Below are positions 41,085 through 50,010 of a stretch of DNA of 64,000 bases, piece by piece (the first letter of the stretch is position 1; every line of letters begins with the position of its first letter). Source of the stretch: a virus. Where the stretch lies: the IMG/VR virus record IMGVR_UViG_3300024999_001421. The stretch is one strand, 5' to 3'. Below the pieces are notes generated by a model. That model searched no databases. It was not told the DNA's origin and saw only the letters and a program-made list of their open reading frames with translations. Position numbers and translations under genes: made by a program.

Positions 41085-41901
41085 TGTGAGCAAGAAGCAT
41101 AACTTTATAATATGTTTAGTCGAAACATGCCTTTATAATGACGGTGAAGGTGGTTGCATATCTAGTGTTGGGAATACAATTATCTCTCCAAAAGGCGAAG
41201 AGGCGGTTTGTTGTTGCTATGAACACAAGGAAGAAAAAACTATTCGCTTGGTTGTCGATAATAAGAAATAGTTTATTTTAAGGCACCCCTCCGGGGTGAT
41301 GATTTTGTAAATAATAGAGGTGTGTTCATGGGAGATATAAAAGATCGCATATTTAATCATCTTGACGATGTTTTGCTTGGACGCAAAACATATGCTAGTG
41401 CCTGCACTAATGATAATAAAGAAAGTGCGTTTACATTAGACAGTCTTAATAAAGCTATTGAGATTGCAAACAGCGTTACCAAGAGAACCCCACTTGATGA
41501 CGTAATAGCTGATTTTATAGCTAAAAATAACTGCTCTATTAAGGACATTACTATGTATATGCAGGGCGATCCTTGCGATGCAGTTGTTCACACATTTAGT
41601 GGTAGTTTAAAGGTTAGATACAGCAAACATATTCCTGGTTCTTTTATTGCCCTGGATGCAAATGTTTTTTGGAATAACATTAATAAAAAAAGATAAGCAC
41701 CCCTCCGGGGTGTTTTATTTTACCCATTACAGAAAAATTAATCTAAATATGGTATAATTAATTAACTATTTATCGACAAAAACAAAAACGTGATGCCCGC
41801 CGACCCAGGAGGTCTTACGGCGGTGGGTGGTTACGACACCCTGCATCACGTAAACAGTATAGCATAGTCTGATTAATCTGACTACCAGGAGGTACGCTAA
41901 T

Positions 41902-42135
41902 GTGACACAGGAACAGGACGTTGTGCGATTACAGGAGCAGGTAAAGACATTATTTGCAGCTCAGAAGGATTTATCGGTAGATTTAGAGCGACATGAGCAA
42001 GAAGATAAACAAGCATTTGCGGAGGTATTGAAGCGCATGGATGAAATGTATAAAACATTCCAGAACCGTCCTCCAGTATGGGCATCAACACTCATAGCGG
42101 CACTAATGGGCATTTGTGGGTGGTTGGCTAAATGA
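41902..42135 (+). CDS. Holin-like protein (coiled coil + C-terminal TM)
   Basis: Topology and position in the lysis cluster. Confidence 0.5.
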   Translation: MTQEQDVVRLQEQVKTLFAAQKDLSVDLERHEQEDKQAFAEVLKRMDEMYKTFQNRPPVWASTLIAALMGICGWLAK

Positions 42136-42419
42136 AAATACATCGTGGACAAGTATCGGTAATCTTATTATCCATTATCTTATCTACAGCAGTATTGTTT
42201 TTCGTCTGCACTATTGGGGAGAAGCAGGACATTAACCAACTAACCGACAATCAACTAAGGTCAGAATTGGTCAGTATTAAGGGTATGGGACCAGTGCTGA
42301 CTGAGAGAGTAATTGAGTATCGACAGAAACATAAACCTATCGTATTGAAAGAGTTGGATTTGATTAGGGGCATCGGGGACAAGAGACTGGCCTTGATTAA
42401 GAAGAAGTTTAGGGAGTAG
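42132..42419 (+). CDS. Membrane-anchored helix-hairpin-helix (ComEA-like) protein
   Basis: N-terminal TM; SIKGMGP and LIRGIGDK HhH motifs. Confidence 0.75.
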   Translation: MKIHRGQVSVILLSIILSTAVLFFVCTIGEKQDINQLTDNQLRSELVSIKGMGPVLTERVIEYRQKHKPIVLKELDLIRGIGDKRLALIKKKFRE

Positions 42420-42434
42420 GGAGGATAACCCGCT

Positions 42435-43112
42435 ATGGAAATAAAACAAAAACTGAGTAAGAATTTTAGCAGCAGACAGGGCAGCAAGATTATTGCCATT
42501 GTCGATCATATCACTTCGGGGGCGTTTCCCGGGTGTCGTGACTGGCTATGCAATCCTCAGTCTCAAGCAAGCGCACATTATGTTATTACCCGTGCCGGAG
42601 AAATATATCAGTTAGTTGCTGATGAAAACAAAGCATGGCACGCCGGGGCAGTAAATAAACCTAATTGGCCAGTATACGACGGTACCAATCCCAACAACTA
42701 TACTATCGGTATTGAGCATGAAGGATATACTGGTGCCGGTGGTGATGGAAATTTGACCGAGGAACAATATCAAGCAACTCTCCGACTACATAAGCAGTTA
42801 ATCGCTAAGCATGGTATTCCCATAGATAAGGATCACATCATCGGACATTACCGCATTGACAGCGTTAACCGTCCCAATTGTCCGGGTCAGGCGTTTCCAT
42901 GGGATAGGTTATTTACTGACTTACGGACTGTTCCTGGTCCATTCCCTGACGTTGCCGGGGATAGGTGGAGTGCTGGACATATCGCTAGAGTCAAGGAACT
43001 TGGCTTGATGGTAGGCGGCGGAGATGGATACTTTAATCCGGAGGCGGCATTAACCCGTGAGCAAATGGCCGCTATTATATGCAAAATGTTGGATAAGGGG
43101 ATGATAAAATGA
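42435..43112 (+). CDS. Endolysin: N-acetylmuramoyl-L-alanine amidase (Amidase_2) + SLH domain
   Basis: SAHYVI, AWHAG, IGIEHEG, IIGH, CPG; FPDV..W...FNPEAALTREQMA. Confidence 0.92.
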   Translation: MEIKQKLSKNFSSRQGSKIIAIVDHITSGAFPGCRDWLCNPQSQASAHYVITRAGEIYQLVADENKAWHAGAVNKPNWPVYDGTNPNNYTIGIEHEGYTGAGGDGNLTEEQYQATLRLHKQLIAKHGIPIDKDHIIGHYRIDSVNRPNCPGQAFPWDRLFTDLRTVPGPFPDVAGDRWSAGHIARVKELGLMVGGGDGYFNPEAALTREQMAAIICKMLDKGMIK

Positions 43113-43333
43113 AAGAATTTACTAAGATGGACTGGTTTTTTGCTGGGTGCATGGCTATTTGCCTGACTACATATCTATATACGTGTCTAATCGGCAAACC
43201 ACTAGACAACATAAAAGAACTAATATTCATCTTCGGTACAAGCATAGGATTAGCGACTGGCGGTAGATTCTACAGCAACTTAGTCGGTGCGGAAACGAAT
43301 AAAGATACCGACAAAGCGGTTAAACTACAATAA
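43109..43333 (+). CDS. Putative holin
   Basis: Two TM segments, follows the endolysin. Confidence 0.55.
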   Translation: MKEFTKMDWFFAGCMAICLTTYLYTCLIGKPLDNIKELIFIFGTSIGLATGGRFYSNLVGAETNKDTDKAVKLQ

Positions 43334-43453
43334 CGCGAATAATTTTCTTATTACCCGGTGAACTTGTAAGCAATTCTTACAGGTTGCCGGGTTTTTATTT
43401 TTGCGCAAAAAAATACTCTCCTTAATGTAAACTAAAGAGAGTATCTTGTGTTT

Positions 43454-43529
43454 TGGCTGTGAAGGTAGGTCTCGAACCTACGACAAGTTGATTAACAGTC
43501 AACCACTCTACCAACTGAGTTACTCCACA
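43454..43529 (-). tRNA. tRNA-Asn (GTT)
   Basis: Full cloverleaf TGTGGAG..GTTGA-CTGTTAA-TCAAC..GTAGG-TTCGAGA-CCTAC-CTTCACA-G-CCA, 76 nt. Confidence 0.95.
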
Positions 43530-43565
43530 ATATGCTTATTATCCGGCAAGGGCAGGCCGGTTTAA

Positions 43566-44024
43566 TTAGTCTAGTTTCTCGGCTAAACCTTTTTCGATCA
43601 TCCATTCTGTTTCTGCCTTAAGAACGCTACTAACAGTATCAACATCTATTCCAATCTTAACTGAAACATCTGCGGCAACTTCGTCAGTATCCATGGTATG
43701 AGGTAAGCTAAGAACCTTTCTTGCTTCGTCATAATCCCTCTTAGTCTCAGCAGCATCTTCGGGAGAAACCTCTCCGCCCATTTCTACCTCTTGTTTCCAT
43801 TCCCCAAGAACATCAACAACAAGATCGGTAACGGTATTACAAATGCCATTTAAGATACTCTCAACTAACTTCTTATTTGCCCGAAGTCGCGGATCTCCTG
43901 CATCAGCATAAATGCTCTCAAGCACGTTAAAAATATGCGCTTTCCCCTTATTATAGATAGAACTTGTTACCTCAACTGCCAACCACTCAGCATCAATAGT
44001 TCCTTTTACTGTTTCTTTACTCAA
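43566..44024 (-). CDS. Hypothetical acidic protein with its own promoter
   Basis: TTGAAA-17-TATAAT at 44100-44072; GAGG RBS. Confidence 0.65.
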   Translation of the reverse strand: MSKETVKGTIDAEWLAVEVTSSIYNKGKAHIFNVLESIYADAGDPRLRANKKLVESILNGICNTVTDLVVDVLGEWKQEVEMGGEVSPEDAAETKRDYDEARKVLSLPHTMDTDEVAADVSVKIGIDVDTVSSVLKAETEWMIEKGLAEKLD

Positions 44025-44144
44025 CTTTATTACCTCGCTTTTCTTTGCTCTGCCCTTTACCTATGTAGATAATTATATCACCGCAAAGTATTATTTTCAA
44101 CTCAATACTGTAAATTTATTCTGTACTCAGTAGGGCTTTTACGC

Positions 44145-44316
44145 AAAAAAAGGAACGCCGCAGCGTCCGTACAAAAACTTAACCTTATGGATTACACTAC
44201 TAGATTCAACAACAATTACTCGCTACACGGAGGAATTCACCTACCTTTATATTATATTTGTCGGAGTGACCGCCATGTGCGCTTGTCACGCGAGACAGAG
44301 GCGTAGCGGTTCAATG
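44145..44316 (-). ncRNA. Candidate sRNA of about 170 nt
   Basis: TTGCAA-17-TATAAT (44350-44322), structured 5' end, terminator at 44168-44145, no credible ORF. Confidence 0.55.
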
Positions 44317-44433
44317 AGATTATTATATCACTCGGTTAGTTATGTTGCAACCGTTTACGGTAGAAGTGTGCTGTATAAAGTTTATGGGCAAATAAAAAAC
44401 TCCCTCGGTTAGAGAGAGTTTTGTGTGTTTAAG

Positions 44434-44919
44434 TTAGTTAACTATTTCCCAATCATCAGCAAGAAGATCGGTTATACTTGGAATCCATGTATTGTATTTG
44501 CCGTGTACGTTATACAGCACAAGGCATTTATTGTCAATTGGAACATTATCGGCAGTATATAGATTGAGTATATTAATGTGCATATTTTTCCCATTCCAGC
44601 CGACACGGGCAATTGATAAACCTTTTTCGAGTGCCTTCCACGCCTGCCCGAAGTTAAGTCCTGTCTTTTGGGTACCGTCCCTTGTCTCAATACTTAAATC
44701 ATCCAATGCCTGCAAGACAGTATTAACGGTTACGCGGTCATAGTCCTTTATGTTTTCAGCTAAATCAGCGTAAGGAATCATGTCGGTGTGGCATTTGGTA
44801 CAAGACGAACAACCGTCCCTATGATATGAAGGTGCATGAAAACCCTGTGCTGCTTTCTCCATCATCCAAGCATCATGTACTTTCTCGGATAACTTTTCAA
44901 TCAAATCTTTGGTATCCAT
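44434..44919 (-). CDS. RyR-like domain fused to a DUF2829/Tad2-like domain
   Basis: VHDAWM..PYADL....KDYDR; FGQAWKALEKG..ARVGWNGK...WIPSITDLLADDW. Confidence 0.75.
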   Translation of the reverse strand: MDTKDLIEKLSEKVHDAWMMEKAAQGFHAPSYHRDGCSSCTKCHTDMIPYADLAENIKDYDRVTVNTVLQALDDLSIETRDGTQKTGLNFGQAWKALEKGLSIARVGWNGKNMHINILNLYTADNVPIDNKCLVLYNVHGKYNTWIPSITDLLADDWEIVN

Positions 44920-45189
44920 TATTTTATCCCTCCATAGTCCTCTATTAGTCATTCAATTATACCACTCGGTAAATAAAAATTCAACCGTTTACGGTATATT
45001 CATACCGTTTGCAGGAGAAACAATGTCCGACATAGAATAATAATAGTACATTTTACCGGATTATCTTATTGGCATAAAATAATCCCAAGTATATCTATCA
45101 AAGGTCGCCTTCCACGGTCGGCCTATTTTTTTTGAGAAACTTTAAGCGGTTATCGTTTCTTAACGTCAATAACTAAGAAACACACAAAA

Positions 45190-45442
45190 CAAAACTCCCC
45201 TAAATTAATAGGAGAGTTTGCCCGGCAGTCGTTCCTCACGCGCAGAAGTAACGATTATGCCTAAATTTATGCCTGGTAGTGGTCGGGTTAGCTCCCATGC
45301 CGTATGTCGCAGAGGGGTTTTGTCCCGCGGGCGGTTATTAACCACTTTTAGCCACCAGTAACTTGTTATGTCTGACCATTGTTGTCGTTTGCCGTCCCAC
45401 CCTGGTACGCTTTTAGTGAAGGAAGCGTGGCGGGATCTGTTA
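45190..45442 (-). ncRNA. Candidate multi-domain sRNA of about 250 nt
   Basis: TTGAAA-17-TATAAT (45475-45447), three structured blocks, terminator at 45219-45190. Confidence 0.55.
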
Positions 45443-45905
45443 GAACATTATACCACCCTTCAGAATACATTTCAACTATTTTCCCTAAAATTACCTGCAA
45501 TATGGACAAATTCCCCCTGCATAACTTATAACAAAGTGGGGTGGTCAGTTGTTCGATATGCTTATGGCACATTCTCATGCTAAATCCCTTGATAACAAAG
45601 CAATGTTTGATACCTTGGATTCTATCTATCCCGAAAGAGAACTTTACAGCATGTCCTTAGATTGGCGAAAGGATAAGCAGTATATCCTTAAGGCCAAGGG
45701 TGTAAAGGGAGATGTGCTTGTAGGATGGAAAGAAGTAAAATATTCAAAGGAGTGGAAGGAAGCATGGCTTTAGTGACAATCGGCACAACATTACTAACTA
45801 TCAGCGTTTATAGTTTAATCGAAATACTTTATATGAAACGGGAGAAAATTAAGTCGGTGTGGACTGAGACAGACAATATCCCGGACAGTAAGGAGTCGTG
45901 GGGAA

Positions 45906-47141
45906 ATGAGTAACGGTTACGGTTCGGCCAATGCGTTTGACGGATTAGGTAAAGGTATTTGGATGGGCGTGGATGCTGGGGCCCGCTGTATCACCGATGT
46001 GGTGAAATATTTTGCAGATAAGTACGGTGATAATAAGCGAGATAAGGCCAAGGAGTTATTCAGAAATGTTGGCATGGTACGAAAAGACGGAGAAACCGGG
46101 AAAATCAATCAACCGGTAATTATGAAGCAGATTAAGACGGATTACGGAATTCATATGATTGTTAAACCTTACCCTGGCATATGGATAGGTGACTTTTTTA
46201 AATACCATGCGCAGTTAGAGTCTGCCTTAAATGCCGAGGTGCAGATTACGCAGGACAGTAAGGGGTATATACACCTGAGAGTGTTTACAAGGGGCATACC
46301 GAGGCGTTTTAAGTATGTAGGTAGTTTAGCTAGTAGAGCAAAGAAATACCCTTGTGCCGTGCCTGTGGGCATTGGCAGGGAGGGTTTGGTTATGCTCAAT
46401 CTATCTGACGATGAATGTTTTTCCGTGTTAGTTGCTGGGATGCCCGGGGGCGGCAAATCATCGTTTATCCGGCAGGCGTTAATGTCTCTTGTCATTAACT
46501 ATGCTTTAAATGAAGTTATTCTGTACCTGGTTGATATGAAGCAGGGCGGCGTTGAATTGTCGGGGTTCCAATTGGCTCCGCACGTTAAAGATTTTGCCTG
46601 CAATTTGGCCGGCGCTAAGAGAGTTCTTACCGCTGCATTTGCCGAATTGGATTATCGGGCTAAGTTGATCAGTAAGGCCAACGTGTCCTCTATTGCCGAC
46701 TACAATAAGGCAAGTAAGGATAAAATGTCTCATGCCGTTATTGTTATTGACGAATGGATGAGTCTTGACGAGGACGCTAAAAAGTTAGCATTAACACTTG
46801 TGCAGCAGGGTCGGTTTGCCGGGATCCACACTATTATTTGCACTCAGCACCCTTCATGTAAGGTGGTATCCGGCGAAGTTAGAAGTTTAATCCCGGCAAC
46901 GATAGCTTTTAAGGTGAGCTCGCGCCGGTATTCCAGGATGGTATTAGGCGAAGAACGTAACCAGGCCGCATATCTTGAATGTCCCGGTAGGTGTATATTC
47001 CAGGCCAAAGAGCGTATGCGAAAGGTTCAAGTTATGGATTTGCACCCCGGCATGGTTAAGAAGATGATTAAAGAGGTATACCCGTCCGATAAGGTTGTTA
47101 CTGTTTTGGCTACCGAGGAAGATAAGGTTTTAAGTTGGTGA
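45906..47141 (+). CDS. FtsK/SpoIIIE-family ATPase
   Basis: AGMPGGGKS, VDMKQGGVEL, IVIDE, GRFAGIH..TQHP. Confidence 0.9.
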   Translation: MSNGYGSANAFDGLGKGIWMGVDAGARCITDVVKYFADKYGDNKRDKAKELFRNVGMVRKDGETGKINQPVIMKQIKTDYGIHMIVKPYPGIWIGDFFKYHAQLESALNAEVQITQDSKGYIHLRVFTRGIPRRFKYVGSLASRAKKYPCAVPVGIGREGLVMLNLSDDECFSVLVAGMPGGGKSSFIRQALMSLVINYALNEVILYLVDMKQGGVELSGFQLAPHVKDFACNLAGAKRVLTAAFAELDYRAKLISKANVSSIADYNKASKDKMSHAVIVIDEWMSLDEDAKKLALTLVQQGRFAGIHTIICTQHPSCKVVSGEVRSLIPATIAFKVSSRRYSRMVLGEERNQAAYLECPGRCIFQAKERMRKVQVMDLHPGMVKKMIKEVYPSDKVVTVLATEEDKVLSW

Positions 47142-47423
47142 GGTGATTTATAATGTTTTTTGAATTTAAATTCAGTCTTGAACCAACCTTAATCGAAGGA
47201 ACAAGTTATGATTCTGCTAAGCAAGACGGTTGCTCCTTATTGGCGGATGAACTTGAATATATTTCCAGGAAACTTAAAGAGGGGAATGTTAGCGGTGATT
47301 ATCCTGCTTGGGAAATAAGTATCAATGAGACTACTGAGAGGTTTTAGGCTGGTAGATATACCGATACTTTTATTAATCAGCGTATCATAAACCACTTGTT
47401 TTAAATGTGAGGTGTTAACCTTT

Positions 47424-48053
47424 ATGTCCGTTGAAAATTTGGCGTTTGTTAGTTTTCCGATTCGTTCCACTCAAAGACGTTTTGATATTATTAACTTTCT
47501 TAAAGATTTTGGTGTTCTTTCTCGTTGGCAGATTAATCAGTTAGTGTTCGATGATTCCAATTATGGTCAGCACAAATGCAGAACGGAGCTAAAAAAACTC
47601 TTTGATGCAAAGCTGATTTACCGTGGCAGGTGTATGTCTACTAACGATTATATTTATTGGATGGGAAAGCAGCCGAAGCACGTTGAACATAGATTGGGAG
47701 TCAATCAGATATACCTTAATTTGCGGCATATTAGCACCATATTTAAGAGTGATTTTGACTTTAGTATTGGCGTAGCTGATGCGTTTATAGTGGTCGAAAA
47801 TAGGCCGTATTTTGTTGAATATCAGAGGGCGATTAATCATTCCGATATGTCGGTTAAGATTCAGCAATACGATCAATATGCTCTTAGTCGTAAATGGGAT
47901 ACCGAAGGTTGGCCGATGCCGGGTAAGTTTGCAAGAGTTGTTGTAGTTGTTGATAATCTCAAAGACAAAGCAAGGATTGAGAAGTTGGTTAAGGTTAGTA
48001 AAGTTGTGGTTCGTGTGTGTCTACTAAGTGAAGTAAAGGACGTGATTAAATGA
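47424..48053 (+). CDS. Replication-relaxation family protein
   Basis: N-terminal wHTH, EHRLGVN, ADAF..YFVEYQR; follows FtsK. Confidence 0.7.
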   Translation: MSVENLAFVSFPIRSTQRRFDIINFLKDFGVLSRWQINQLVFDDSNYGQHKCRTELKKLFDAKLIYRGRCMSTNDYIYWMGKQPKHVEHRLGVNQIYLNLRHISTIFKSDFDFSIGVADAFIVVENRPYFVEYQRAINHSDMSVKIQQYDQYALSRKWDTEGWPMPGKFARVVVVVDNLKDKARIEKLVKVSKVVVRVCLLSEVKDVIK

Positions 48054-48377
48054 GTTTAGCGGGAGCAGGTCGGGGCATTGGTTATATTCTGGGAACTCTT
48101 TATCATTTGGGCCCGCCGGACAATACTCCTGACCATGAGAAATATTACAAGAAACAGGTGCGAAAGGAAAAGATATTCAATAAGCGCATGGAGTCGTTGT
48201 ACGGCGATGCCTGGGAGAAGATACGGGATAAACGTGTTGCCGCTAATATGGATAGAATGTTAGGTCGTTAACCCGAAAGGGTTATTTTTTTCGGTAAATT
48301 TGTGCTGGATACGGTAGAAATGTATTGCATTAATAAATAAATTAATATATAATATATGTAAGGTGAGGTGAATTATT

Positions 48378-48530
48378 TTGGCTAAAAAAGCTAATGCAAC
48401 AGTTACTTTTCAGATTAGAATATCTCCTGAGTTGCACGATAAGATTATTACGGAGTCGGAAAAGAAGGGAGAAAGTAAGACTGCCGTTGCTGTGCGGATA
48501 ATGAAACAATACTTTGATGCTAAAAAATAA
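48378..48530 (+). CDS. Arc/RHH-like regulator (not in ORF track)
   Basis: TFQIRISPELHDKIITESEKKGESKTAV; GAGGTG RBS; stop overlaps the next ATG. Confidence 0.6.
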   Translation: MAKKANATVTFQIRISPELHDKIITESEKKGESKTAVAVRIMKQYFDAKK

Positions 48531-48853
48531 TGTCTAAATACAAAGAAGGTAACTATATTCAGTTGTCGCGCGAACTCTTTAATGATGATAGGTTTAAGGG
48601 GTTGTCACTTAACGCGAAATGGCTATATGTTGTTCTTAATGAATTAGAGCATAAGTTTACTGGAAGGAAGGAAAACTATTTTTTTCGCTCAAATGAGGAC
48701 TTAGCAAATGACACAGGATTAAGTATTTCATCTATTAAGAGAGCAAAAGAAGAACTTAGACCAATCGTTCAAATGTGGCAAATGCACTGGAAGGATACTG
48801 AAACAGGTAAGTTATCTAAGAAGAAAATAACCGCTTTTCGCATTAAAGAATAG
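48530..48853 (+). CDS. Short wHTH replication-initiator-like protein
   Basis: LSLNAKWLYVVL..FFRSNEDLANDTGLSISSIKRAKEEL. Confidence 0.6.
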   Translation: MSKYKEGNYIQLSRELFNDDRFKGLSLNAKWLYVVLNELEHKFTGRKENYFFRSNEDLANDTGLSISSIKRAKEELRPIVQMWQMHWKDTETGKLSKKKITAFRIKE

Positions 48854-48854
48854 G

Positions 48855-48925
48855 TCAAAGGTTCTGTGAGGACTTTTGATATCAAAGGTTCTTTAGGAAC
48901 CTATATCAAAGGTTCTGTGTGAACC
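48855..48925. repeat. Three iteron-like repeats followed by an AT-rich tract
   Basis: TCAAAGGTTCT at 48855, 48882 and 48906. Confidence 0.7.
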
Positions 48926-49626
48926 ACTATTTAAGAGTTGATGTTAATCTAACAATTGACTTTATTTATTATAATTAAGATTTAGTAAATAACATAGTCG
49001 TTTTGCTTCGCAAATTCGACGGCGTGAAATGGAGTGAGATAATGAGAGTATATAAATATATGGTTATCTATAATTACAAAGACGGAATAGGAAGAATATG
49101 TGTTACTAGAAATCAAAAAATTTCTTCTTATGATGATATAGAGGAAATAGACAAATTTATTGCTGAGAAAAAAGGTCTATATGTTGTCGTGGTAACTGAC
49201 TATAAACTTCTCAGTAGTTACAAGGATGATAGGTATAGCGACAATGCACAATTAACTTTTGATATGCCTGAATGTTGCACTGATTGTATTGTTAGTTGTG
49301 TTGATAATTCGGATCACGGCAAGAAAATTCCCCTACTCTTTTGCAATGCGATAGCTGAGTATTGTCCTGAGTCTGGAAGGCATAAAGATTGTCCAATTAT
49401 TGAACTAGGGGAGGAAAACTAACTCTTGGATGAATTAGTTTGTTATGTTGGGTGTATCGGAAGTCCTACTGGTTGGCTACTTGCTTCGGAGAGTAGACGC
49501 GAACATTTTTGGGATAATTTCAGGTCTATGGTTGAAGCAAAGATAAATTGGCATTGGGAGATATTAGATAAGCATGCTATTTACCATTTTTGTGATGCTT
49601 GGTTGTATTAAGAAGGAGGAAACCAA

Positions 49627-50010
49627 TTGACTAAAACTGAAATCCTAGCAATGAAACCTGGGCGCGAGCTAGATGCTCTAATTGCCGTTAATGTTTTTGG
49701 TTGGAAAGAAGATGTTAACGACGATGTAATTAAAATATATATTAGTCCTAGCGGAATAAGGCATAGGGCAGAATCTCTGCCCAACTATAGCACCGAAATT
49801 AAGTCAGCGTTACCGATAATGATTAGGATGCGGATAAGCGCTATCTGTTCGGAAGATGGTTGGTATGCTACCGTAACCAATGATGTTATTTATGTTTCCG
49901 ATGTAGTAAAAAGATTAAACGGCAAATATTGGGCGTTAGCTGATAATGTACCGGAGGCAGTTTGCAAGGCGGCGTTATGTGCTGTGATGGAGAAGGAGGA
50001 AGCTAATTGA
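49627..50010 (+). CDS. Phage protein with an ABA-sandwich-like motif
   Basis: GRELDALIA..FGW..PNYST..PEAVCKAAL. Confidence 0.5.
   Translation: MTKTEILAMKPGRELDALIAVNVFGWKEDVNDDVIKIYISPSGIRHRAESLPNYSTEIKSALPIMIRMRISAICSEDGWYATVTNDVIYVSDVVKRLNGKYWALADNVPEAVCKAALCAVMEKEEAN

Noticed and set aside
45495-45535. Sporulation sigma promoter upstream of the FtsK module
   Set aside because: CATAACTTA resembles SigE/SigK -10 boxes but is too degenerate to support
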